Below the pieces are notes generated by a model. The model was not told where the DNA came from, ran no database searches, and saw nothing but the letters and a program-made list of their open reading frames with translations. A program made the position numbers and the translations under genes. From a virus, in the UHGV virus genome UHGV-0189308: a DNA stretch of 54,344 nt, one strand, 5' to 3'. Below are positions 16,532 through 30,000 of this stretch, piece after piece; the first letter of the stretch is position 1; the number at the start of each line of letters is the position of its first letter.

Positions 16532-17956
16532 TCAACTTTCTAGTGCGTCAAGTCGCCTAATCAAATCCTGCACCACTGTTACCAAATCGGCAATGATTGC
16601 CGTGTAATCCACATTCATCACCCTGAATTTTTCACCATCGATCTCCTGCTCGATGCCGGGGAAGGTATACAGGTCATCAACTTTCTCAGCTTGCTGGGCT
16701 ATAAACCCACGCCTCCTGCGTGTTTCGCCCTTCATATTGAACTCGCATACCCCGAGCGCATTAATGCGCCTGGAGGCCCCTTCCTGCGATTCAGTAAAAT
16801 CCTCTTTCAGTCGTAAATCTGAGCCGGTGGTCAGGACGTCACCCTTACCGGTGGAAATCGTGCCGCCAGCCCGGAAAATCCATGCGTCAGTACGTCCGAA
16901 CCCATCCGCGTACAGCACAAGCCGGTGCTCAGTCCCGACCTGCTCTTCCATGTACATCTGTACATAAGCGCCGTCCACGTCACCATAGGCCCCGCGCCCG
17001 GCCATCAATGAGCGTACCGGACTGGAGGTCAGTTGCGTTCCGATGGCTGGGTTTGCTGGCATGGTCGATGATGCTGTGATCCTCCCGTCCGTTACCCAAA
17101 AACTTTGTACCTGCGCGTTCAGGCGGTTCTGCCTGTCGTGGATAAGGCGAGCGGTATAATCCGCACTGCTGCCGTTGTAGTGGAAGTCAATGTAAGGCGT
17201 GCTCATTGACAGCTCGATCGCCTGCGTCAGAACCTTCCCCTTTGACGTGTTATCGATGTTGCCGCCAGCTGATAACCCACCGGGCAAAGTCGTCTGGTTA
17301 TCGGTCCCAATAACGAGGATGTCATCAAAGGTATCTGACGGTGACACAGTGGTCGCTCTTGAACGCTGAACCCTGAACGGTGTTCCCGAGCCAACGGCAA
17401 TTGTCCCGCCTTGCCCCTGTTTTTTGAGCAGAGCCAGATCTGAGTTCTTACCGAGGATAAAACCGGCATTATCGCTGGTTATAACCTGCGAGCCGTCGAG
17501 TTTGTTTCCTCCGGTGAGTTTTGCCAGCGCGTTAAGATCCGATGCCTTCGCCATCCCGCCTATCGCCGGCACGGTCACCTGCTTTCCGGTGATCGGGTCA
17601 GTCAGGGTGATATTGCCACTGCCGGTCAGGGCCATCGACCAGCCCTCCGCCACACTACGCCAGAATGCAAATGCGCTGGCCAGCTGGTTAGCAAACGACG
17701 AGGTACTGGCGGTTTCAGCGGTTATAATGCCGTAACTGGCGCCGGAAAATGCGGTGGTGATATTCCGGGTCAGCGTCAGTTGCGTGTCGCTGTCCACGGA
17801 TTTGATCGCATACAGGTCAGCACTACCGCTGCGGTAGACCACCAGAATCGACCCGGGCAGTATCCCCAGCGCCACCTGTGACCATTTTGTTGTCGCACCT
17901 GTCACCCGTGCCTGCGACGCTGCACCCGTGACGGTGCCGACTTCATACATCGCCAT
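16532..17956 (-). CDS. tail fibre/spike protein with C-terminal intramolecular chaperone (peptidase S74-like) domain
   Basis: C-terminal ...GSDLRLKEDF...RINALGVCEFNMKG...RRGFIAQQAEKVDDLY...VDYTAIIADLVTVVQDLIRRLDALE is typical of auto-cleaving fibre chaperone domains. Gly/Ser/Thr-rich beta-type body. Confidence 0.7.
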   Translation of the reverse strand: MAMYEVGTVTGAASQARVTGATTKWSQVALGILPGSILVVYRSGSADLYAIKSVDSDTQLTLTRNITTAFSGASYGIITAETASTSSFANQLASAFAFWRSVAEGWSMALTGSGNITLTDPITGKQVTVPAIGGMAKASDLNALAKLTGGNKLDGSQVITSDNAGFILGKNSDLALLKKQGQGGTIAVGSGTPFRVQRSRATTVSPSDTFDDILVIGTDNQTTLPGGLSAGGNIDNTSKGKVLTQAIELSMSTPYIDFHYNGSSADYTARLIHDRQNRLNAQVQSFWVTDGRITASSTMPANPAIGTQLTSSPVRSLMAGRGAYGDVDGAYVQMYMEEQVGTEHRLVLYADGFGRTDAWIFRAGGTISTGKGDVLTTGSDLRLKEDFTESQEGASRRINALGVCEFNMKGETRRRRGFIAQQAEKVDDLYTFPGIEQEIDGEKFRVMNVDYTAIIADLVTVVQDLIRRLDALES

Positions 17957-18017
17957 AATAAAGTTCCTCCTGGATGATTATCCCTGGAAAAAGAAAAGGC
18001 CCCTGGCGGGGCCTCTG

Positions 18018-21000
18018 TTAGCTAAATGAACTGCTGTCCGTTCGGAAGGCGGTTGCGGTGATGTTCTCGACTGTGCAGGTGTAATCAATCGCGGCATTTC
18101 GACCTGTAGCCTTGATAAAGAAGCCGACATTGTTGTAGTCAGCATCCAGGCGCGCGGCAAACCGCAATTCAAAGGCCGTGGTGCCAGCTGTGATATTACC
18201 GGCATCGACGAAGATACGGCGGGTTACCTCCTGCCCACCAATGTTGAACGTAATATCAGAGGTATACCCCAGGCCACTGCCCGTCCCATAGGTCTGGCAC
18301 ACCAGGGTGCAGGCCAGAACCACTGTCATGCTATACCCCCTGTTCTGATACGCACCGTTCCGCTGTACCGTCTGGTTGCGGCGGAAGGTCAGGCTGTCGT
18401 AACCTTTTGCCACCGCAATGTCACCGATGAACGCATCCGCCTGGACAGTGCCACGGAACACGCCGCTATTCGCTTCGACCCTGCCACGAACGATCACGTT
18501 ATTGAACTGCGAAGAGCCATCCTTGGCGATACGCCAGCCTTGCGACCCGTCAACAAAGTTATTCGAGCGGATCTCGTTGCCGATCTTCGCGTTCGTGATG
18601 GAACCGTCCGCGATTTTGGTTGAGGTCAGGGAACTGTTTTTGATACGTGCCGTATCGATATACAGTTCATTGCCTTCGGCAATCATCACCGGCACTGCCG
18701 TCGCATTGTTACGGTTAAACAGCGAGAAGCGGTCGGCGTAGAGGATCATGTCGCTCGTTTCACCATTGCTGCCCAGCGTAATCCCCGCGCCAACATTCTT
18801 CCCGTTAACCGTCTCAACCTTCATCGACCACAGCGAACTCACCGTACCATTCACATCCGCCACGGTTTTAGCGGTGTTTTGAACGGAAGCGCTGAGATCC
18901 CCGACACTGGATGTCAGGGTCGTCTGCTGCGTTGCCAGCGCCTCCAGTGCCGTTGCATGCGTCTGCTGGGTACTGGTGATACTGGCCACCGATTTAATCG
19001 TGTTGTCCAGCGTCGTCTGGTTTTTGATGTTGGCGGCCGCCTGCGCGTCAATCTGCGACTGAAGCGAGGTATTCAGGCTGGCCTGTGTGCTCTGGCTGTC
19101 GCTCAGCGTTTTCGCCATGTTATCGACGCGGGAGTTGGCGTTATCCACTTTCGTGGCCAGTGCCGTCTGCTGCTGCGCCTGAGCGGTAATTTTCCCTTCG
19201 GCATCCGTTACGCGCGCCGTCAGGCCGCTCACGGCGCTCGCCGTCGCGTCAGAGGCATCCTGTGCCGCTTTCGCATCGGTAACATCCGTGATGACCAGAT
19301 CGTCGATATACAGTGAATAGCCAGGGGTACCGTTGCCGGTGGCGCCACGGGTGGAGATCCAGACCACCGCGCGTGTTCTGCCCGCCCCGTTGTTACTGGC
19401 GATACCCGTGAATTTCACCCACTTATCGCGCGCGCCCAGAGAGGCTTCGCTGACAGTGACCGCCGCCTGCCACGCATTTTGCCCGGCAGCATTCTGCGAC
19501 TGGATACCGACCAGCGTTGTCCACCCGGAGGAGGGCGCCTGATCCGCCGGCATCATGGCCCAGAACTCAAACCGGAACTTCGCGTCCTCACGGACTGACT
19601 GCCAGGTGCCAAGCTGTTTATCACTGTTGCCGCTGTTGTTCTCATCCCGTCTCAACTTCAGGCTCTTACCGCCGGTGAATTTCTGAGACACCACCACAAC
19701 GGCGGTGCCGTTCCCGCCCAGCACCTGGCCATCGCTGTAGCTTTCAAACGTACCGTCAACCCACGGATTAGCTCCCTGAGTGCGGATGGTATTGATGGTG
19801 CTGGTCAGCGACGTGATGCTCTGCGACTGGCTGGTGATGGTGTTTTCCACCTGGCTTACGCGACCGGTCAGTGAACTCACCGCGGACGTGTCAGCCTTTT
19901 TACCCAGCTCCGTATTCATCGTGGTCAGGCTGTTCTGCAGACTGGTGAGCTGCTGCGACTGCGAATCCAGTTTACCCTCGGCAGACGTCATCCGGGTGGT
20001 CAACCCGGTGACAGCGCTTTGCTCTGCTTTCTGACTGACCGCCGCATTCGTGACGGCCAGATCGCCGCTGAGTTTCGTCAGCTGCTGCGCCTGGGTGGTG
20101 ATAGCCCCTTCCGCAGCGGTGACGCGGGTATTCATCTGTGAGATGGCCCCGGCATTAGCAGCGATATCCTTTTCATCCGTAACATCGAGGACATGGAAAT
20201 CATCAAAATACATTGCCCCCGCGCTGAGGAAGGTTGTCAGCTGGAAACTGGCCGTCGTGGTCTTCGTGGCTTTCCAGTCAAACGTTACCAGTTGCCAGCC
20301 AGAACTAAACGGTCCGTAGTTTGAGCCAACCAGCAGGCCAGTGCTGTCGGCCACACGAAACTTCGTGTTACCCGCATCTTTAATCGTGGTCCCCGGGTCC
20401 TGCTTCGCCCATACCCCCATGCGGTAGGTACGGCCCTGCGTGATACTGATTTCCTGTCCGACCAGGTTCGACTGGCCGGCGGACATTTTCAGCGCCTTGT
20501 TACCCGAGTGCGGAACCTGTAAATCGGCCACCGTCGCGGTACTGCTCCAGCCGGTAAAGCCCGCCGCGCCGCGCTCAAAACTGCCGTTGACAATGAGGTT
20601 GCCCGGCATTTTCCCGCTGGCGTCAATATCCGCTGCCGTCTGGCTCAGGCTGTTACTCAGTTGCGTCAGAGAATCCCCCTGCGCACTGAGTGTTTTGCCC
20701 TGCTCCGTGACCTGGTTCTGCAGGGTGTTCATCGCGCTTGCATCCGCTTTTTTGTTCACGTTCGCATTCGTCGTGGCCAGATCGCTGCTGAGTTTTGTCA
20801 GCGCGCTGTTAGCTGCCGCGATGTCATTCCCCTGCTGCGTCACCGTGCCCTGCAGCTGCGTCACCGCTGTCGTGTCAGCCTTTTTACTCACCGTATCGTT
20901 TGTCGACCGGAGGCTGTTCTCCAGCGAGGTGGTCCGCGTGCCGATGCTGCTGAGCGTATCGCCCTGCTGGCTAACCGTGGTGGTCAGTGAATCCACCGCT

Positions 21001-24000
21001 TTTGCGGTCGCATCTGCGGTTTTCTGCGCACTGTTCGCTGCCGTCACGTTACGCATATGCCAGTCGGCAGCGTACCAGACGGTGCCGAACGGGCTGCTCT
21101 GATTAACCTGCAGGAACGGCCGCAGCAAGCTGGTATCGGATGGCACCGTAAAGCGCCAGGTGGCTCGTTTCCACGCGGTGGTGGTCCTGGTGTTGCCCCC
21201 GGACGCTTTCGCTCCGATACCACCGGTGGCGGTGGTGGCCCGACCGATATAGAAGTTAAAGTCAGCGCTGCCGGTACCACACGCTACCAGAGCAGACATT
21301 TCGAAAACGTCGCCCGGCGTCACGGCGATATTGTTGATTTTTGGCACATGGTCTCGCCCGGCCAGCCGGACGGCATACCTGAACGGGCAGTCAGCCGGCA
21401 CACCATCGGCGGTGGTCTCCACCACGTCATAACCCATGCGGTCATACGCCGGATCAAATGACGGGTTTGGAATGTAATCATCCCCGGCAGCATTCCCGGC
21501 GTTCACCGCTGCCGTCAGGCTGACAATGTTGCTGTTGGCTGCCGTGAGGCCTGCCTCGGTTTTCTCCACCCGGCCAGTCAGCGCGTTAAGCGCCGTCTGA
21601 TCCGCTTTGGTGTTGACCTTATCGGTGGTGCTGCTCAAATCGCCCTGCAGCTTCGTGATAGCCTGCCCCTGGGCGGTGATTTTGCCTTCCGCACTGGTGA
21701 CCCGGCTGGTGAGATCACTCACCGACTGCGCGCTGGCCTTTTGTGCCACGTTGTTGTTGGTGGTGTTCAGGCTGTTCTGCAGATTCGTGATGCTCTGAGA
21801 CTGCGCGGTCAGTTGCCCCTCGGCGTTCGTCACCCGACTGGTGAGGCTATTAATGGCCGATGTGTTCGCGGTAATACCGCTGGCCGCATCATCCGGACTC
21901 GGTGACCAGTCGGTCAGCACGGTCCCGGTTTCCAGCTGAGGGCGGCAGAGCCAGACTTCTTTGTCGGCAGACGTCGCGCTTTCCAGACGCGCGGCAATCA
22001 GCCGTTTGGTGCCACTGGTGGCAGGAATAACCCATTTCACCCAGTAACGCGCCCATGCGGTGGTCAGTTTCGTGACCGCCTTGCCGTCACCGGCCCCGCC
22101 TTTAACGCCCTGGCTGGTTTCCGTGGTGGTGGTGTTCGATGGGTTATAGAAATAACTCGCCATCTCCTGCCCGTCATAAGCCCCTTTCGCATAGAAGCTG
22201 AATACAAATTCCGTACGCCCGGTAACTTCCAGCGTCTGTTCATCCAGTTGGGTAAAACCGGATGCACCTTTCGCCAGCCGGGTGTAGGCCACGCGGTCGC
22301 CCAGATAGGTCTCTGTGGCGTGGCGGCTGCTCCATCCCTCCAGTGTGTCCGCATTGCGGATAAGGTTGGTCCCGCCCACGGCCAGGGAGGAAAAGTTGTT
22401 TTCCAGGTTCGTCAGCGCGCTGCTTTGCGTGGTCAGATCCCTGCCATGCTGTTCAACGGTATTCTGCAGGCTCTGCAGCGCCGTTGCATCAGCCTTCTTC
22501 GCCACATTGCTGTTGGTCGTGTTCAGGCTGTTCTGCAGGCTGGTCAGGCTGTCTCCCTGCGATCTCAGGCTGCCTTCGGTAGCCGTCACGCGAGTCGTCA
22601 GATTCGTCAGCGCGCTGGCATCGGCCTTGCCGCTGATATCCTTTCCTAGTTGCGTCACATCTGACTGCAGTTTCGTGATCGCGCTGCCCTGAGACGTAAT
22701 ATTCTTCCCGTTCTGCGTGACTGACGCGGACAGACTGGAAAGCGCCTGCGCATTCGCATCGGCGGCATCGAGCGCCGCTTTCGCATCGGTCACGTCAGTG
22801 ATGATCAGATCATCAATCAGGAAGGCGTCACCCAGGCGAACTTTTGGTGTGTTCGGGATGGAGATCCTCACCATTGCCTGTTTCAGCGCGGTTCGGTTGT
22901 TGGTCAGATAGCCACTGACTTTTGTCCAGTTGTCCACCGACAACCCGGAGACTTTTACGTTCAGGCCAGGCCACGACCAGCCATTGGCAGAATCCTGGAA
23001 GGAAAATCCGAGCACCATATAAACGGTCGGATCGGCGGTCGAGCCAGCCGGCAACTTAACCCACGCCTCCACGTAATAGACCGCGTTATCGCGAACCTGC
23101 ATGCCCGAAAAGATATGGGTATCGTTATTATCCGTCGCGTTCGGGTTGTACTCCGTACTGCGCGTAACACGCAGGCTTTTAGTCCCGCTGTGCGCAGCTT
23201 CACTGGTGATAACGGCGCGGGCATTACTGAGAACATCGCCGACGGCATAGGATTCAAAACTGCCGTCCGGCAGTACGTTGGCTCCCCGTGTCGCCTGCTG
23301 CTTCAGCGATGTATTCAGGCTGGTCAGGCTGTCGGCCTGGCTACGGATATCCTTTTCAGTCTGGGTAACCCGGTTGGTCAGTGAACTGACCGCCGACGCA
23401 TCGGCCTTCTTCGCCACATCGCCTTTGACCCCTTCCAGCGCGTTTTTCAGCGCCGTGATGGATTGCCCCTGCGATGTCAGGGTGTTCCCCTGGTTCGTCA
23501 CCGTCCCGGTCAGAGACGAAACAGCATCGCTGGTCGCCTTGATGTTGGTTTCATCGGTGATATCAAACACCCGGACGGAATCGAGCCAGATTTCACCGTT
23601 TGTCGGATGAGAATAAAGTTTGAAGTTCTGCCCGTCCGCGCCGGCAGCCGTCAATCCGGTTTCCCAGGTGATGGTTTGCCAGTCAGTGGTCAGCGTGACC
23701 GTTTTATCCTCATACGTACTGTCCGTCTGGCCGATTTTGTTCTGGCGACGGATCAGCAGACTCATCGCGCCGGAAACACCTTTGGCCTTCACCACCACCC
23801 GGTACTTGCGCTGGCCATTCAGCGGCACCGGCTTGTTGTTGTTGGAGAAGATCCCCGGACTGGTGTTAGTCGTCCGGTTCAGTCGGACCCCCGCTTTCCC
23901 GTCCCCGAAATCGCCAAAGGTCACACCGGCAGGATACTGAATATCCCAGGCCGTGCTGCCCTGCAGAAAATCAAAGTTCGGGATCAGGTTGTCGCCGGCG

Positions 24001-27000
24001 TTGCGGGTGGCCGTCAGCACATTCGCCAGATTTGTCAGCTGCTGGCTCTGTGTGGTCAGTTTCCCTTCCGCCTCTGTCACCCGGTTATCGACCGAAGTCA
24101 GTGCCGTTGCATCGGCCTTCTTCGACACATTGCTGTTGGTCGTGTTCAGGCTGTTCTGCAGGTTCGTCAGCTGCTGGCTTTGTGAGGTGATGGCCCCTTC
24201 CGCTGTGCTGACCCGGCTCGTCAGTCCGGTAACGGCGCCGGCGGTGGCATCGATGTCCACCCGGTCGGTAACGTCAGTGACGTAAAAGTCATCGAAGTAG
24301 CGGCTGCCGCTAATCAGATAGTTACTCAGCGTCACCGGCAGGCTGGCTGTCTCCGTCGCTTTCCAGCGACCGGAAATCAGGGTCCAGTTTGTCCCCACCG
24401 TACCGCTGTTGTATGGACGCTCAAAAACCGGCTGGCCGGCAGAGTTGCCGATCCGCAGCTTGTTGTTCCCCGCGCCATTATCCGTCGTCGCTCCGGGTTC
24501 CTTGACCCACACCCCGATTTCATAGGTTCGCCCCTGAATAAACGGGATGTATTGCCCCGGAGTCACATTCCCCGGATCAACCTTCAGCGCCCGCGTCCCG
24601 CTATGAGGAACGGAAACCTCCACCACACTGGTCGCGGTTGACCGCCCGGCGTAACCATCCAGCCCACGTTCAAACGAGGGATTCACGACCAGGTTACCCG
24701 GTATCTGCCCGCTGGCATCGATATCTGCCGCGACGTGCGAGAGGCTGTTCGACAGGTTCGTCAGCGAATTGCTCTGGCTCTCCAGCGTTTTGCCCTGCTG
24801 CGTCACTTTCGTGTCGAGCGTGGCCAGCGCTGTCGCATCGGCTTTCTGCGCCAGCGCTTTATCGGTATTCGCCAGATTTCCGGTCAGTTTCGTGATGGCG
24901 CTGTTCGCAGCCGTCAGGTCGTTGCCCAGCTGTGTGACGGTATTGGTCAAATTCTGCACCGCTGTCGCATCAGCCTTTTTGGCCACTGCGGCATTGGTGG
25001 TTGCCAGCCCGTTTTCCAGCTGGGTTGTCCGGTTGCCGGTCGAGGTCAGCAGATTACCCTGTTGCGTCACGGTGGTGGTCAGGGAGTCAACCGCCGCCGC
25101 CGTGGCATCCGCAGTATCCTGAACCTTTTGCGCCGCTGTCACATTTCGCATATGCCAGTCCGTAACGAACCATACGGTGCCATACGGGCTGTTCTGCGAG
25201 ATCTGCAGGAACGGGCGGATATAACCCCTGTCCACCATCGCCTGCGTGACCTTGAAGCGCCAGGTGGTTCTCTGCCAGGTCGCGGAGGGTGATTTCCCGC
25301 CCCCCGCCATGAGTGGCGCACCGGTGCTCGTATCTGGCCGAACGGCGGTGCCAACATACAGATTAAAATTCGCCGTGCCGGCGCCGCAGGCAACCAGTGC
25401 GCTGATCTCAATCACATCGTTAAGCGTGGCCGGGAACGCGGCAAACTCAGGATGGTGATCCCGGCTGGCAATTCGGGCCGCATAACCATACGGGCAGCCA
25501 GGAGGGACCTCCTCAGCCGTCGTGGATACGACGCTAAACCCCATCTGGTCGTAAGCCGGGTCAAATGTCGGGTTGGGAATTAAATCTCCGCCTGATGCGT
25601 TTCCGGCCCGTACAGCGGATTTCAGCGAGGTAATGTTGGCGTTAGCAGCCGTTAGCCCGGATTCCGTTTTCTCCACTCGTCCGGTTAGCGAGTTCATCGC
25701 CGTCTGATCCGCTTTGCTGGCCACGTTCACGTCTGTCTGCGTCAGCGCATTCCGGAGTTGGGTGATGCTCTGCGAATTGCTGACCACCTCGTTGCCAATC
25801 TGGCTGACATTCGAGCTGAGCACGCCGGCTGCGTTTGCCAGCGCGGATACCCCGAGACCGGAGTACATCTCAGCAACCTTGTCTGACAGCTTCAGGCCCA
25901 GGTTGATATACGCCTGGCCGGTCCACTGATTCACCAGAAATTCAACGGTGTTCCAGCCGCCTTTCAGTTCAAAACTGACGGTATTCCAGCTGGCGTTACC
26001 CCAGGCGACCTGAACCCCGTTCACAAATATGGCGCCGGTATCATCAAAAACCCTGGCGCCGGGCGCCAGTGTGATGGTGGTATCTGCGGCCACTTTCACC
26101 TGGCAGGAATACAGCGCGATCAGATAGCTGCCGGCGGACGTAAAGTCCAGTTTGGCCGCGTCGGCCACCTCATCCACGACCGTTGGTGCCACAGCGCGAA
26201 CATCGCTGAATGACGGGACTGTCCCGGCGTTAGCCAGCTGCACCGGATAGAGTCGACGGGACCAACGATTCGGCTGGCCATTGACCAGTTGATTCGACAG
26301 GCTGGTGATGCTGTCAGTATTGCTGCGAATATCCCGCCCGTTTTGCTCTACCTGCTGCGTTAAGGCAGTGACCGCAGCCGCTTCGGCTTTCTTCGCCAGC
26401 GCGGCATTTGTCGTGCCCAAATCGCTCGTCAGTTTCGTGATGGACTGACCCTGGTTGGTTATCCTGTCGCCCTGCCGGGTAACAACAGACTGCAGCCCGC
26501 TCAGCGCCTCATTCGTACCAGCCAGGCCCGTTTCCGTCTGGCCAACCCGGTTAGTAAGCGATGTTAACGCGGCGCCCTGCGATGTCAGCGTGGCGCCCTG
26601 TTGCTCAACTTTCTGCGTCAGGGACGTCAGCGCGGCCGCATCGGCTTTTTTCCCGAGGCTGGTTTCCAGGCCACCGATACGGCTCGCCTGCGCGCTCTGC
26701 TCTGTCGTCAGAGAACTCAGTTCACCAGAAACAGCAGCTTTGTTGTCGTTAAACTGCGTCTGCAGGGACTCTCTGGCCTTAACTTCCGCCGAGATGGCGG
26801 TAACGCGCGCGGTTTTTTCCTGGTACAGCAGCCCGGAGGTGACTTTCTCCAGATCGCTCCCATCATAGGAGCCACGCATCTGCGCCGCCAGCGTGCTGCG
26901 TGCCTGCGCTTCGGCGGTCAGCGCGTTACTCAGCGTACTGCGCACATCCTGCAGAGCCGCCGTACTGGCGCCGGGTGCTGGCCGGCCAACGGCGATCCAG

Positions 27001-30000
27001 TCGAATTCGATAAAGTTGCTGGCATCCTGCTGGTTCGTCAGGTCCAGGCGAATACGATCAATGTTCCCTGTCCACGGAATATCACGCACCGTCAGGGTTG
27101 CCACCCCATCGGCATATTCCGGCTCAGCAACAATGTATCGCTTCGTGTTATTGAAGTTTTCGCCGGCAGACACCCAGCGGATCTCACCCGCCCAGACGGG
27201 TTTGCCGGTTTTACGAAAGCGCAGCATGATGAAACGGTACGCCGCACCATCGACAGCCAGCCCGCCAGGAGAGGTAATGTACGGATCGGTGGCGCTGTCC
27301 GCCGGGCGTAACCAGCCATCCTGTGACACACCCGGTACGCCGGCGCTGCCGGTCCAGCCCTCGGTCGTCTGATTGTTGAAATGCCAGATAACCTGCGAAT
27401 CGAACTGGATATTAGCGCCGGCAGCGAGGCTGGACATTTCCCGCGCCAGATTTTCATCGGCGGTCTTCATCACCTGAGTCAGGCTCTCGATACTCGCCTC
27501 AATCCCCTGCGTTGCCGCCAGCAGTTCATCAGCGGCCTGTGCCGCCTTCGCGTTAACATCGGCGATACGATCCGCGGTCTCCTGCTTCACCGCACTGGTC
27601 AGCGTGGTGTTGACCTGAGACAGCGACTGCTTCAGGCCATTTTCGGCAGTCTTTATCTGCGCATTCAATGCGGCATCGCCGTCGGCCAGCGTTTTGTTGA
27701 CCCTGGCAATCTCCAGGTCGATGGTGGCGTTGATTTCCGCAGCCGTATCAGTGACTGACTGTCTGACCTGGGTGATGCTGTCGGTCAGCGACTTGTTCAC
27801 AGTTGCGATCTGCTTGTTCGCATCTGCGACGGCGGATTTCGCCTCCTGAACACCTTTGTTTGCCTGAGCCAGACCAGAATCGAGAGCCTCATTGACCGAG
27901 GTTATCTCATCCGTGATGGTTTTATTCACGGCGAAGATCTTCCCGTCAACATCAGCAGTGATGCTTTTCGCCGATGATTCAATATCCTGGCTGACCTGCT
28001 TCGCCTGGTCTTCGGCTTCCTTACGCAAAGCTTCAGCGGTCTGCTCCAGTTCCTGCTGCGTATTGCGGATACCTTCCTGCGTTTCGCTAATGGTGCGCTG
28101 CGTTTCCTCCCAGGCAGCCGTATCCTTGATCGCGTCAGTCAGGTTTTCGTAGTAGTCATCAAAGTTATCGCTGGCCATCCCCTGGACCCAGCCGGTCCAC
28201 GGGCTTTCATTGCCCAGACGATCCACAAGGCGCGCCCGATACCAGAATTCTGCGCCCATACTGAGGCCCATCTGCTGATAGCTTTTCCCCGGATAGGCCA
28301 CGTCTGATAACAGCATCGGCGCACTGCCGTCCTGATTTTTGCTGTACTGCAGTTCCGTGCGCAGCGTATCCCCCGAGCCGGTCGGGAATTCCCAGCTAAC
28401 CTGGACCCCATGAACCAGCGAACGGGTTGCCAGCGCCAGCGGCGGAAGTGGGGCACCAGACTTACCGGTCAGCTCGGTTTCTTTCGAGATCCCCCATACG
28501 GATGCGATATCCTGCGCGTTAATCGCCCGCACACGCACAACGTATCGACCGGTATAGATACCATCGACCTCAAACCGCGTATTGCCGGTGCGCGGCAGGT
28601 TAATCCAGTCACCATTGTTCTGACGCCACTGCATTTCATACGCAATCGCATTTTTCACCGGCGACCAGGTGGCAACCAGGGTGGTGATGCCAATCCCCTG
28701 CGACACCCGGTAGAGGCTGGAAATGGTAATGTCGTCCGGTGCCTCCTGTCCCCGTGGGGGAACAACGGTCACAGGACGGTCTTCGATCACCGCGCCATCA
28801 TCCACCCGGGGAAACTTGTTCGGGTTATACGGCAGGCCGTTAATAGTGACCGTGCCATCGTTATTGTTCACAACGCGCTTAACCCTGAATTGCTGAATGG
28901 CCAGGTCTGACTGATCCAGAATCCAACCCGCCTCCGCCTGCGGTGCCGGGTTATACTCCTGCTCTACCGTAACAATACGGTCCTGCACCCCCTGAACTTT
29001 ACGCCCCTGCGACTTTCCGTCCGGCAGGTTAATGATGAGCGTATCCCCGGCTTTTGCCGCGACCGCGCGGTCGAGAGTAATCCTTTTTCCTGAGACTGCC
29101 GCCACACGACCGCCGTTCTGCCGGCCAGCCATAGGGGCATTGTTGATACCGATAACCTTGCCAACACGGGGAATGCGACCCTCCATCCCCGTTTTAAACT
29201 CAACGCCATTGTCGTCGCGGTTTGTCTCGATGGCGTAGGCGCCGTGGCGCTGCGCCTCGGATTCACGTGTACAGCCAATCCGGGACAGCTCGATAGTGTT
29301 AAATCCGAAGCGGTCTGCAATCTCCTGCGAATAGACGCTGGCTTGATCGTCCTGATAGTTATTCTGTGGGTTGCTGTAAGTGACGATGGCCGCGCTATAG
29401 TTGGTCCGCTCGGACGTGCTGGAGAACGTGAAGGAGCCGACAATATTCGATTTGTTGAAAACAAAATCGGGGTCCATCTCACGCGGCATATCGGCATCAA
29501 CCGACAGCAGATTATTCGACCAGCTAATCATGCCCCGAAAAATGTTCGCGAGATCCATTAATACGGTCCAGGCGTCAGTCCGCTGGGATATATAGAGATC
29601 GCAGAGATAACGGGCCTCTTTTCCGCCAGCACCATCTGAGACCGGCGCATCGCAATACTGGCCGATTTGATACAGGGTCCATTTATCCACCTGGTCGGAC
29701 GAAATACGCTTTCCAAGTCCATAGCGTTTGTTCAGCACCAGATCGTAAAAAATCCAGGCGGGGTTATTCGACCAGGCCCACTTGAAGGTCCCGTCCCAGC
29801 TTCCGCTGTAGGTACGTTCGACAGGGTCATAGTTCGACGGTACGCGAATGACCAGCCCCTTTGCCTTGACCGTCACGGTCGGTGTCCGGCCATCAAAAAG
29901 CGTTGAATCGAACTGAACGAACAACAGCGCGGTGTTCGGATAGCGCAGTTTGGCGTCAACGATTTCCGTTATCGACTCGATACGACTCACGTCCGCCGTT

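Noticed and set aside
19000-29600. Dozens of plus-strand ORFs of 60-240 aa inside the J gene region (e.g. 20440..21102, 23463..24185, 24735..25292, 26601..27311, 28410..28910)
   Set aside because: All lie antisense to, or out of frame within, a single uninterrupted 4198-aa ORF with clear J homology at both ends. They are Arg/Ala/Pro-rich with no RBS context, which are typical artefacts of GC-rich repetitive coding DNA.
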